Shown piece by piece: positions 9,153 through 17,664 of a stretch of DNA of 64,000 bases. Position numbers and translations under genes: made by a program. Under the pieces are notes generated by a model. That model ran no database searches, was not told the DNA's origin, and worked only from the letters and a program-made list of their open reading frames with translations. The stretch comes from Vicinamibacterales bacterium (lineage in GTDB: Bacteria; Acidobacteriota; Vicinamibacteria; Vicinamibacterales; 2-12-FULL-66-21): positions 10,717-74,716 of the forward strand of contig DATBJJ010000025.1 of NCBI GenBank assembly GCA_036556425.1, in the 5' to 3' direction. How positions within the stretch are numbered: the stretch's first letter is position 1; each line of letters opens with the position of its first letter.

Positions 9153-12100
9153 TCATCGTGTCGCCGTCGTCATGCGATCCGATACCGGCGGCAGCTTGCC
9201 CGAATAGGTCTTGTTGAACGCCTCGACGTCCTTCATCAAGCGATCGAAATCCTTGCGCGCCACGTCCATCTCGGCCAATCGATCCTTGAACACGCCAACG
9301 GCCGCGTTGGTCGGCCGATAGCCGACGCCGCCCATCACGTCGCCGCCGCTCCCGCCGATCTCCGCGAGCAGCCACACGAGATTCATGTAGAGCTTGTACT
9401 TCTCGACGTACCACTTGTCGTCGCTGTGCATCTCGGTGCGCGAGAGGTAGTGCAGCTCCGTGTCGTACATCCGTTTGTAGATCCCGTCCAGCGCCCGATC
9501 GAGCGTCGCGTCCTTTCCGTACTGCTTGCGGAGATCCTCGACCTGCGCGCGCATGATCTCGATCCGGTTGATGCGATCGACGACTTCGTTCATCGCGTTG
9601 ACGACGTTGCGCTGCAGCTCGGAGCTCGCGAGGAGATCGGCGTCGGTCGACGGAAGCGTCACGTCCCGCCACACCTCGAACGGCTGCGTGTACTGGCGTC
9701 CGTTGTACGTCATGCGCACCGTGTATTTGCCCGGCGCGGCGCGCGGACGCCAGAACTGCGCGCCAAGCCCCCAATGCGTCACCGGCCGCTCGCGTCCCTG
9801 CCAGCGGCCCGCGTCCCAGATGAACGGGTTGTCGGGCGGAATCGATCGCAGCACGGGCTGATTCGGCGGCGGATACTGGAGATTCCAGCTCGCTTGATTC
9901 ATGCCCGCGCGCGCCTGCACGTCGTTCTTGCTGATCACCGAGCCGTCCGCGTCCAGGATCTCGAGTGCGATCGGACCGCTCGGCGCGGACGGAAGGTTGA
10001 ACACGAACGTCGCGGCGCCGCCGGCCGCCCTGAACGTCGCGGGCCGAGGTTTGTAGAGCTGCAGCTCCGCTTGCGGCGACAGCGTGTCCATCTGTTCGAG
10101 CTGCCACAGATCGCGGAGGATCCACAGGCCTCGCCCGTACGTCGCGATGGCGACTTCCGGCGCGTTCTTCGGAACTTCGATCCAGTTCACGGGCGCGGCG
10201 GGGAGCTTGTCCTTGAACTGCGTCCACGTCTTGCCGTCATCTCTCGAATAGAAAAACCCGTGGCCCGTGCCGGCGAAGATCATTCCGCGCCGGTGCGGGT
10301 TCTCCGCGATCGACAAGGTGTAATCGAGCGGATGTCCTTTCGGCAGCGTGCTGTCGATCCGCGTCCACGTCTTCCCGAAGTCCGCCGTCTTGTAGAGGAA
10401 TGGATCGCGATTGTCCACGAGGTGATAGTCGACCGCCATGTATGCCGTGCCCGGATCGAAATGCGAGGCGTCGATTCGTCGCACGAGCCCCCACGCCGGC
10501 ATCTTCACGTTCTTCGTGAGGTCGGTCCAATTTTTTCCGGCGTCGCGCGAGATCCAGACCTTGCCGTCGTTCGTGCCGGCCCAGATCACTCCGCGCTCCG
10601 TCCGCGACGGCGCAATCGCGGAGATCACGGCGCCGTAGAACTGACCGAGGTTGTCGCCGATGACGCCGCCCGAGAACTGAATGCGGCTGGGATCCGCCGT
10701 GGAGAGATCGGGGCTGATGACGTCCCACGATTGTCCGCGATCGCGCGTGCGGAAGAGAACCTGACATCCGAAGTACACGGCGTTGTCGAACCAATCGATC
10801 GCGAGCGGCGGCGACCAGTGGCAGCGGTACTTCAGGCCGACCGGATCGCTGTCGAGCGTGTGCATCCATGGACTCACGGAGCGCCGGAGGCCGCTCGCCT
10901 CGTCGTACGTCGCGACGTGCGCCGCGTAGCACGTGCCCCACACGAACCGCGAGTTGTTCGGCTCGGGGTACGTGTAGCCCGATTCGCACGACGGCATGCT
11001 CTCCTCGGCCGGACCCTCGGCGCCGCCGCCTCGCCCGCCGCCGCGTCCGCCTCGACCGCCGCGGCCGAGCGCGGCCGATGCCGCCGCGATCGGCGTCGAC
11101 GACGCGTACGACGGCACGTTCGACGGCACGATCGGACGATCGCTCGCGATGCGCATGCTGCCGTCATCCTGGCGGCTTCCATACACCCAGTACGGGCTGC
11201 GCTGATCGACGGTCACGCGATACATCTGACCGATCGGAAGCACGACGCTCGTATTGCCGCCCGGATTCGCCGGCGATCCATAGATCCCCATCCCGCCGTC
11301 GCCGGTGACGATGTAGTGGCCCGCGAGCGAGGGCGTGGTGTCCCACCAGATGTCGTGGCAATCGCCGCAGCCGCCGCCGCCCGATTCCCAGATCTTTCCG
11401 CCGTCGCGCGATCGCCAGAGCGTGCTGTTGGCGACGAGAAGATGATCGGGATTGTCGGGCGAGACCCGCACGCGAATGTAGTACCCGGCGCGCCCGATCA
11501 AGCGCCGATCCCAGCTCACGTTCGTCCACGTGCGTCCGCCGTCATCGGATCGCCACAGCGATCCCTGCGCTTTCGACGGCTGTCCTTTCACGCCGTCGGA
11601 TCCCGTTTGGATCAGCGCGTACATCCTGTTTCCGTTCGAGGGCGCGATCGCGACGTCGGTCTTGCCGAACGGCGGCGCCGGGAGACCTTGCGTCAGCTTC
11701 GTGAACGCACGGCCGCCATTCGTCGACAGATAGATTCCGCTGCCGGCGCCGCCACTGTGCAGCACGTGCGTCTGCAGCTCGATCTCCCACGTGCCCGCGA
11801 GCACCACGTCGGGATTCTGCAGCGACATCTGAAGTCCGGAGCAGCCGGTGTTCTCGTTCACGAACAGCACCTGCTGCCAGGTCTTGCCGCCGTCCTCCGT
11901 TCGATAGACGCCCCGCTCGCGCTGCGGACCGGTCGCGCGGCCGAGCGCGCATACGAGCACGACGTCCGGATTCGCCGGATGGATCACGATCGTGCCGATG
12001 CGGCCGGTCGCGCCAAGCCCGACGTTCGTCCACGTCTCGCCCGCATCCGTCGACTTGTAGATCCCATCGCCCATCATGTCCATGTCGCGCACGGCCCACG

Positions 12101-12461
12101 CTTCGCCCGTGCCCGCCCACACGATGTTGGGATTCGACGGCGCGACGGCCAGCGCGCCAATCGCTTGCGACGTCTGGCTGTCGAACGTGGGCTTCCACGT
12201 CGCGCCGCCGTCGGTCGACTTCCACACGCCGCCGGATGCGGCGCCGGCGTAGTACACACCGGGCTTGCCGGCGACGGCCGCGGCCGCGGCGATGCGACCG
12301 GAGCTCGACGGCCCGACGTAGTCGAACCGCGGCGCGCCGACGGGCTGCGCTGTCTGCGGTCCGTCCGCGCCTCCGCCGCCGCGCTGCGCAAACGCGAGCG
12401 CGGGAACAAGGACGACGATCGCGATGGATTGGAGGATGGAACGCGCTGGAGTGGAGCTCAC
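9153..12461 (-). CDS. Secreted BNR/Asp-box (VPS10/sortilin-like) beta-propeller glycosyl hydrolase-like protein
   Basis: Many S/T-x-D-x-G-x-T-W Asp boxes (STDGGATW, STDAGETW, TEDGGKTW, SDDGGRTW, SRDDGKTW); GP-SSSGRI start; C-terminal helical tail. Confidence 0.88.
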   Translation of the reverse strand: MSSTPARSILQSIAIVVLVPALAFAQRGGGGADGPQTAQPVGAPRFDYVGPSSSGRIAAAAAVAGKPGVYYAGAASGGVWKSTDGGATWKPTFDSQTSQAIGALAVAPSNPNIVWAGTGEAWAVRDMDMMGDGIYKSTDAGETWTNVGLGATGRIGTIVIHPANPDVVLVCALGRATGPQRERGVYRTEDGGKTWQQVLFVNENTGCSGLQMSLQNPDVVLAGTWEIELQTHVLHSGGAGSGIYLSTNGGRAFTKLTQGLPAPPFGKTDVAIAPSNGNRMYALIQTGSDGVKGQPSKAQGSLWRSDDGGRTWTNVSWDRRLIGRAGYYIRVRVSPDNPDHLLVANSTLWRSRDGGKIWESGGGGCGDCHDIWWDTTPSLAGHYIVTGDGGMGIYGSPANPGGNTSVVLPIGQMYRVTVDQRSPYWVYGSRQDDGSMRIASDRPIVPSNVPSYASSTPIAAASAALGRGGRGGRGGGRGGGAEGPAEESMPSCESGYTYPEPNNSRFVWGTCYAAHVATYDEASGLRRSVSPWMHTLDSDPVGLKYRCHWSPPLAIDWFDNAVYFGCQVLFRTRDRGQSWDVISPDLSTADPSRIQFSGGVIGDNLGQFYGAVISAIAPSRTERGVIWAGTNDGKVWISRDAGKNWTDLTKNVKMPAWGLVRRIDASHFDPGTAYMAVDYHLVDNRDPFLYKTADFGKTWTRIDSTLPKGHPLDYTLSIAENPHRRGMIFAGTGHGFFYSRDDGKTWTQFKDKLPAAPVNWIEVPKNAPEVAIATYGRGLWILRDLWQLEQMDTLSPQAELQLYKPRPATFRAAGGAATFVFNLPSAPSGPIALEILDADGSVISKNDVQARAGMNQASWNLQYPPPNQPVLRSIPPDNPFIWDAGRWQGRERPVTHWGLGAQFWRPRAAPGKYTVRMTYNGRQYTQPFEVWRDVTLPSTDADLLASSELQRNVVNAMNEVVDRINRIEIMRAQVEDLRKQYGKDATLDRALDGIYKRMYDTELHYLSRTEMHSDDKWYVEKYKLYMNLVWLLAEIGGSGGDVMGGVGYRPTNAAVGVFKDRLAEMDVARKDFDRLMKDVEAFNKTYSGKLPPVSDRMTTATR

Positions 12462-12538
12462 AGGTCGCCTCGCGAATGATCGATGAAACGCGTGCGAAGA
12501 CGTATACCACGCCCGCGAACTTATGAGGTCATTCGATC

Positions 12539-12672
12539 GAGACTCGGCTCAGACTCAACTCAGACCTGGCTCAGACTCGACTCAGACTCCTCAAGTCGTC
12601 AAAAACGCCGAGAAAACGGGTCCAGTCCGAGTCTGAGTCGAGTCTGAGTCGAGTCTGAGTTGAGTCTGAGTC
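12539..12672. repeat. Inverted pair of 11-nt tandem repeat arrays (CTCAGACTCGA / TCGAGTCTGAG)
   Basis: Left arm 12539-12589 (about 4.5 units), roughly 40-nt spacer, right arm 12629-12672 is the reverse complement (about 4 units). Confidence 0.9.
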
Positions 12673-12687
12673 CTCCTACGTCCGCCG

Positions 12688-12696
12688 TGGTATTCT
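12688..12696 (+). promoter_or_regulatory. Putative extended -10 promoter for the rseP leader
   Basis: TG-G-TATTCT immediately upstream of the structured region; no good -35. Confidence 0.4.
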
Positions 12697-12811
12697 GTGG
12701 GGTGATCGCGCGCCAAAGTGGCGCGAAAACAAAGGCTGCAGCGACCACGGCCTGCATAGCGGGTCAACCCTAATCAGGGGTTTCAATCGGTCGCGGCCGG
12801 GAGGTGCCTCT

Positions 12812-12841
12812 ATGCAAAACACCCCCGGGAGTCGTCGCTGA
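12812..12841 (+). CDS. Candidate 9-aa leader peptide MQNTPGSRR
   Basis: GGAGGTG Shine-Dalgarno at 12800-12806, ATG 12812, TGA 12839-12841; lies upstream of the terminator. Confidence 0.35.
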   Translation: MQNTPGSRR

Positions 12842-12864
12842 CGCTCCCAACGAACGCACGAATC

Positions 12865-12898
12865 AAACGGCCGGCGGAACTTGCCGGCCGTTTTCTTT
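12865..12898 (+). terminator. Rho-independent terminator 14 nt upstream of the rseP start
   Basis: AAACGGCCGGC-GGAACTT-GCCGGCCGTTT stem followed by TCTTT (T-rich tail TTTTCTTT). Confidence 0.8.
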
Positions 12899-12912
12899 CG
12901 TAAGGAACAGCC

Positions 12913-14229
12913 GTGACTACCCTCGTGTCGTTCATCTTCGTGCTGGGCGTGCTGATCTTCGTGCACGAGCTCGGGCATTTCCTGATGGCCCGGCGCATCG
13001 GCGTCCGCGTGCTCACGTTCTCGCTCGGATTCGGCCCGAAGATCCTCGCGTTCCGCCGCGGCGATACCGAGTACTGCATCAGCGTGATCCCGCTCGGCGG
13101 CTACGTGAAGATGGCGGGCGAAACCGTCGAGGACGACCGGACCGGCGCCTCGGACGAGTTCCTCTCGAAGACGAAATGGCAGCGGTTCCAAGTGCTCGTG
13201 ATGGGACCGGTGATGAACCTCGCGCTCGCGGTCGTGCTCCTGGCCATCGTCATCTCGCAAGGCGCATACGCTCCCGCGTTCGACCTCGACCCCGTCGTCG
13301 TCGACGCCGTCGTCGATCGGTCGCCCGCCGCGGTTGCCGGATTGACGCGCGGCGATCGCATCCTTGCGGTCGACGGCGCGGCGGTGGCGACGTGGGAACA
13401 GCTCGCCGACGCGATCGCGCGCCAAAAAACTGCGCAGATAGAGATCCTGGTCGAGCGTAATCGCCTCACGGAGCAGAAGCGCGTCGTGCGATCGGCCGAC
13501 GCGGAAAGACCGAACGACATCGGCGTCCGTCCGAAGATGCGCCCGCAGATTCTGTCGGTCACGCCCGGCGATCCCGCCGCGCACGCGGGCCTCGAGGCGA
13601 TGGATGTGATCGTCGCGGCGGATGGCGAGGCGTCGCCATCGTACGATCGCGTCAGGGCGATCATCGCGGCGCACGAGGATCGTCCGTTCGCGATCGAGGT
13701 CGAGCGCTCGGGGTCGCGCGTGGCGCTCAACGTCACGCCTCGAAGAATCGGCGACGCGCCTCGCGTCGGCGCCTCGATCAGCCCGTTCGAGGTGCGGACG
13801 TTCTACCCCGGCGCGATCGGCGCGTTCACGATGAGCGTGCAGCGCAATTGGGAAGGCTCCGTCGCGATTCTCCAAACGCTCGGCCGCGTCGTCACGGGAC
13901 AGACGTCCGTCCGTCAACTGGCGGGTCCTGTCGGGATCGCGGGACAGACCGGCGCGGCGGCCGCTCAGGGGTGGACCGCTCTCCTGTCGCTGATGGCACT
14001 CATCAGCCTGAACCTCGGACTGCTGAATCTCATGCCCGTGCCGGTTCTCGACGGCGGGCACATCGCGATCCTGGCGCTCGAAGGCGTCTCACGCCGCGAC
14101 TTCAGCATCGCCGTCAAGGAGAAGATGCTGCTCGTCGGATTCGCGCTGCTCGTGTTGCTGATGGCAACGGTCATCTACAACGATCTGACGCGGATCGCGT
14201 GGATTCAAAAAGCACTGCCTTGGAAATAG
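12913..14229 (+). CDS. rseP: RIP metalloprotease RseP (site-2 protease, M50 family, two PDZ domains)
   Basis: HELGH zinc motif, FSLGFGP, IPLGGYVKM, two PDZ-like segments, NLMPVPVLDGG; TAAGGA RBS with GTG start. Confidence 0.95.
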   Translation: MTTLVSFIFVLGVLIFVHELGHFLMARRIGVRVLTFSLGFGPKILAFRRGDTEYCISVIPLGGYVKMAGETVEDDRTGASDEFLSKTKWQRFQVLVMGPVMNLALAVVLLAIVISQGAYAPAFDLDPVVVDAVVDRSPAAVAGLTRGDRILAVDGAAVATWEQLADAIARQKTAQIEILVERNRLTEQKRVVRSADAERPNDIGVRPKMRPQILSVTPGDPAAHAGLEAMDVIVAADGEASPSYDRVRAIIAAHEDRPFAIEVERSGSRVALNVTPRRIGDAPRVGASISPFEVRTFYPGAIGAFTMSVQRNWEGSVAILQTLGRVVTGQTSVRQLAGPVGIAGQTGAAAAQGWTALLSLMALISLNLGLLNLMPVPVLDGGHIAILALEGVSRRDFSIAVKEKMLLVGFALLVLLMATVIYNDLTRIAWIQKALPWK

Positions 14230-14425
14230 GTTCAAGGGTTCACGGGTTCAAGGGTTCAAGGGTTCACGGGTTCACGGGTTCAAGGGTTCACGGGTTCACG
14301 GGTTCACGGGTTCATGATTGCGGCGCTCCGGAATCGACACGAACCCGTGAATCTTTGAACTCGTGAATCTTTGAACTCGTGAACCTTTGAACTCGTGAAC
14401 CTTTGAACTCGTGAACCCTTGAACC
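14229..14425. repeat. Inverted pair of 8-nt tandem repeat arrays (GGGTTCA[A/C] / [G/T]TGAAYYY) filling a convergent intergenic gap
   Basis: About 11 units 14229-14314, roughly 25-nt spacer, about 11 complementary units 14340-14425; abuts both stop codons. Confidence 0.95.
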
Positions 14426-16860
14426 TACTGAGCTCTCAAAGCGACCGTTGGATCGACGCTCGCGGCGCGGCGAGCGGGGACGATCGTTGCGACGACCGCC
14501 GCGAGTGACAACGCGGCGACGGCCGCGACGAACGCGCGCGGATCGTTCGCGTCCATCCTGAACAGGAAGGTCTTCGCCGCGGCGCTCAGATACCAGGCGC
14601 CGGCGCCGCCGATCGCGAGACCGATCGCAACGAGCACGCACGCGTTCGCGAGCACCATCGCGACGACGCGTGAGCGCGTGGCGCCGAGCGCCATGCGCAC
14701 GCCGATCTCGCGCGTCCGCTGCGAGACGGCGTACGCCATCACGCCGTAGATCCCCGCGGCGGAAATCACCAGTCCCAACAGACCAAACAACCCGAGCAGG
14801 AGCATGTTCAGCCGGCGCTGCGCCACGCGCGTGGCGATCAGCTGCTCCATGCTTCGCACGCCGCGCAGCGGGACATCCGGCAGCGCCTGCCGCACGGCCT
14901 CCTTGACGGCCGGCAGCACGTCGTACGGATTGCCGCTCGTCTTGATGACGAGCTCGGCAAACGACGCGTCGTTCTGTGCCATCGGTAAGTACACTTCAGT
15001 ACGTGGCTCGACTTCGAGGCTCGTTTGATGCACGTCGCCGACCACGCCGACGATGGTCCGATCGCCGTTCACGTTCACCGATCGGCCGAGCGGATCCTGC
15101 GCGGGGAAGTACACCTTCGCGGCGGACTCGTTGAGGATGGCGACATCCGCACCGCCGGCGCGATCGATCTTCGCGTCGAACATGCGGCCGCTGCGAAGCG
15201 GAATCCCGAGCGCCTGGTAATACTCCGGCGTCACGACACGAACGCTGATGCTCTCGTTCGGCGGCGGCGTGCGCCCCGGCACAGCCATGACCGTCGTCAT
15301 CATGCTCCCGCTGAGCGGCAGCCCGCCGGCGATGATCGACGCGTGGACGACGCCCGGCGTCCGGCTGACGCGATCGACGATGTCGGTGAACGCCGCACGC
15401 GAATCGGGCGGCGCTTTGCCCGGTTCGCTTCGCGGCGCCACGATCGCCGTGAGCACCCGCTCGGGATTGAACCCGAGATCGATGCGCATCAGCGAGACGA
15501 AGCTGCCGATGAAGAGCGACGCGCCGACGAGGAGCACGACCGCGAGCGCGACCTCGGCGACGACGAGCGCACTGCGGAGATAGCGGCGGCCGCGCCCCGC
15601 GCTGCCGCGCGCGCCGTCCTTCAGCGCGTTCGAGAGATCCGGGTTCGAGAGCTGCAGCGCGGGCACGATCCCGAAGAGCACGCCCGTGCCCAGCGAGAGA
15701 CCGGCCGCTGCCAGCAATACGCGAAGGTCGAGCGCGATGTTCGACACGCGCGGAAGCCCCTCCGGCATCGACGCTTTGAGGACGCGCACCGCCCACCACG
15801 CGACCACGACCGACACCAGCGTGCCTACGGTGGAGAGCACGAGGCTCTCGATCATCAACTGCCGCACCAGCCGGAGGCGTCCGGCGCCGAGCGCCGCGCG
15901 GATTCCGATCTCGCGCTCGCGGACGCTCGCGCGCGCGAGCAGCAGATTCGCGACGTTCGCGCAAGCGATGAGCAGCACGATCGCGACCGCGCCGAGCAGC
16001 ATCAGCATCCAGGACTTCGTGCGCGCGCCGACGAGATGATCGCGCAGCGGACGCACGCCGATCCGGTGGTCCTTGTTCCACTCGGGGTTCGCTCTTTCGA
16101 TCGCGGCGGCGATCTGATCCATCTGCGCCTGCGCCTGCCCGAACGAGACGCCGGGGTTGAGCCGCGCAATCGTTTGGAGATACACGCTCAACGTACCCCT
16201 ACGTCGGGTGCGTTCGTTTTCCGGCACGACGTAGGGCGTCCAGAGATCGGTCGGCCGCAGGACGCCGACCGGATACGTCACGTCTGGGGGCATCACGCCG
16301 ATCACTTCGTACGCGCCGCCGTCGAGCGGGATCGTCCGTCCCAGGATCGCGGGATCGCCGCCGAACCGCCGCTTCCAGAACGCATCGCTCAATACGACGA
16401 CACGGTGGCGGCCTTCGACCTCGTGCTCGATCGTGAACGGCCGGCCCGCAGCGAGGCGAATGCGCAGGACGTCGAAGAACCCGGAGGTGACGCGCTGTCC
16501 GCGCAGTTCCTCCGGTTGCGCGCCGGGCTCGCGCAGCACCACCGATCCTCCCGCGATCGCGGCGAACGATTCGAAGACCTGCTGCTGCGCCGCCCAATCC
16601 AGATAGTTCTGCGGAGCGACCGAAGACAGCGCCGTCGGATCGCGGCTGAGATCCGGTCTGGGTGGCTGCGGGCGCCGCTCGCCCACCGCCACCAGACGAT
16701 CGTGCTCGTCGAACGGAAGACCGCGCAGCACCACGGCATCGACAACGGAGAAGATCGCCGTTGTCGCGCCGATGCCGAGCGTCAGCACGATCAGCGCGAC
16801 GGCTGTGAACGTCTTCGACGCGGTGAGCGACCGGAATGCAGCCTTCAGATCATCACGCAT
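14425..16860 (-). CDS. ABC transporter permease, acidobacterial duplicated orphan permease (ADOP)-type MacB/FtsX
   Basis: LTLGIGATTAIFSVVDAVVLRGLPF, LLIACANVANLLLARA...REIGIRAALGA, second half QRTREIGVRMALGA, ends DPTVALRAQ. Confidence 0.93.
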   Translation of the reverse strand: MRDDLKAAFRSLTASKTFTAVALIVLTLGIGATTAIFSVVDAVVLRGLPFDEHDRLVAVGERRPQPPRPDLSRDPTALSSVAPQNYLDWAAQQQVFESFAAIAGGSVVLREPGAQPEELRGQRVTSGFFDVLRIRLAAGRPFTIEHEVEGRHRVVVLSDAFWKRRFGGDPAILGRTIPLDGGAYEVIGVMPPDVTYPVGVLRPTDLWTPYVVPENERTRRRGTLSVYLQTIARLNPGVSFGQAQAQMDQIAAAIERANPEWNKDHRIGVRPLRDHLVGARTKSWMLMLLGAVAIVLLIACANVANLLLARASVREREIGIRAALGAGRLRLVRQLMIESLVLSTVGTLVSVVVAWWAVRVLKASMPEGLPRVSNIALDLRVLLAAAGLSLGTGVLFGIVPALQLSNPDLSNALKDGARGSAGRGRRYLRSALVVAEVALAVVLLVGASLFIGSFVSLMRIDLGFNPERVLTAIVAPRSEPGKAPPDSRAAFTDIVDRVSRTPGVVHASIIAGGLPLSGSMMTTVMAVPGRTPPPNESISVRVVTPEYYQALGIPLRSGRMFDAKIDRAGGADVAILNESAAKVYFPAQDPLGRSVNVNGDRTIVGVVGDVHQTSLEVEPRTEVYLPMAQNDASFAELVIKTSGNPYDVLPAVKEAVRQALPDVPLRGVRSMEQLIATRVAQRRLNMLLLGLFGLLGLVISAAGIYGVMAYAVSQRTREIGVRMALGATRSRVVAMVLANACVLVAIGLAIGGAGAWYLSAAAKTFLFRMDANDPRAFVAAVAALSLAAVVATIVPARRAASVDPTVALRAQ

Positions 16861-16918
16861 GCGAGTCCTCGGACGGTTGCCCGGATTCTACTTCTTCCGT
16901 GCGATACAATGCGCGCCC

Positions 16919-17494
16919 ATGCCGTCGTCAGGGAGATCTCCCTGGCTCGCACGCGCCGCGCGCGTCGCCGCGATCATCTGGACCGTCGTCGTGCTCGTCA
17001 CCCACAGCGACGCGGGCGTCTCGTTCCCAATGTGGATGGCCATCTACGGCGCCGCGGTCGTCGTGTTCCTGTGGTGGGTGATCGGCGTGTCGGTCGCGTG
17101 CGCGATCGCGATGAAGGAAGGCACCGGCGTGGCCCGCGCGTTTCGCGCGTGGTCGGCCGTTCCCGCGCTCATGCTCGCCGCGGAGCTGCTCGTGTGGTCG
17201 AACCTGCCGCTCGAGACGAGGCTCTTCTTGAGCGGCCCGGCGCTCGCGCAAAGCGCCGATTGGTTCAGGAGCCTGCCCGAAGACTACGCACGGGAAACGA
17301 GACCGTGGATCGGACTGTTTCGCGTGCGTGAGTTCTCACAGTTCGGCGATGAGCTGCGCTTCCTCACGACGGAGTGCGGCCTCGTCGACAATTGCGGGTT
17401 GGTCTTCTCTCCCTCCGGTCCGCCGCCCAATCGAGGTGAAGACTCCTTCGAACACCTCTACGGTCCGTGGTACCACTGGCACCAGTCCTGGTGA
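16919..17494 (+). CDS. Hypothetical membrane protein (3 predicted TM helices plus small C-terminal domain)
   Basis: Three hydrophobic segments then CGLVDNCGLVFSP...HLYGPWY; start ATG 16919 downstream of TACAAT. Confidence 0.7.
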   Translation: MPSSGRSPWLARAARVAAIIWTVVVLVTHSDAGVSFPMWMAIYGAAVVVFLWWVIGVSVACAIAMKEGTGVARAFRAWSAVPALMLAAELLVWSNLPLETRLFLSGPALAQSADWFRSLPEDYARETRPWIGLFRVREFSQFGDELRFLTTECGLVDNCGLVFSPSGPPPNRGEDSFEHLYGPWYHWHQSW

Positions 17495-17499
17495 AGACA

Positions 17500-17660
17500 G
17501 TCGGGATCGGGGATCCGGGATCGGGGATCGGGGATCCGGGATCGGGGATCCGGGATCGGGGATCCCGGATCGGGGATCCGGGATTCGGGACTCGGGATTC
17601 GGGGCTCGGTTGCCCGGATCCCGGACCCCGGATCCCGGACCCCGGATCCCGAATCCCGAC
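17500..17660. repeat. Inverted pair of 7-nt tandem repeat arrays (GGGATC[C/G] / GGATCCC-GGACCCC)
   Basis: About 15 units 17500-17605 then about 7 complementary units to 17660; between convergent genes; termini GTCGGGAT...ATCCCGAC. Confidence 0.95.
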
Positions 17661-17664
17661 AGCG

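Larger units (their letters stand above)
12699..12898 (+). ncRNA. Candidate structured cis-regulatory leader or small RNA upstream of rseP
   Basis: Successive helices visible by eye: GGGGTGATC/GGTCAACCC enclosing CGCGCC/GGCGCG and GCTGCAG/CTGCATAGC; CCGGGAGGTG/CACCCCCGG; GGGAGTCGTC/GACGCTCCC; ends in an intrinsic terminator. Family not recognised. Confidence 0.5.

Noticed and set aside
12699-12770. Firm call as c-di-GMP-I riboswitch, tmRNA, SRP or 6S RNA
   Set aside because: Lacks the GGCAAA/GNRA features, a tRNA-like CCA end, the SRP GGAA-loop motif and a 6S-like long rod; kept only as an unassigned structured leader.
14229-14425. Intergenic repeats as CRISPR arrays or repeat-encoded peptides (GSRVHGF..., GSGIRD...)
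   Set aside because: Units are 7-11 nt with no unique spacers and no cas genes; the peptide repeats appear only in spurious ORF extensions.
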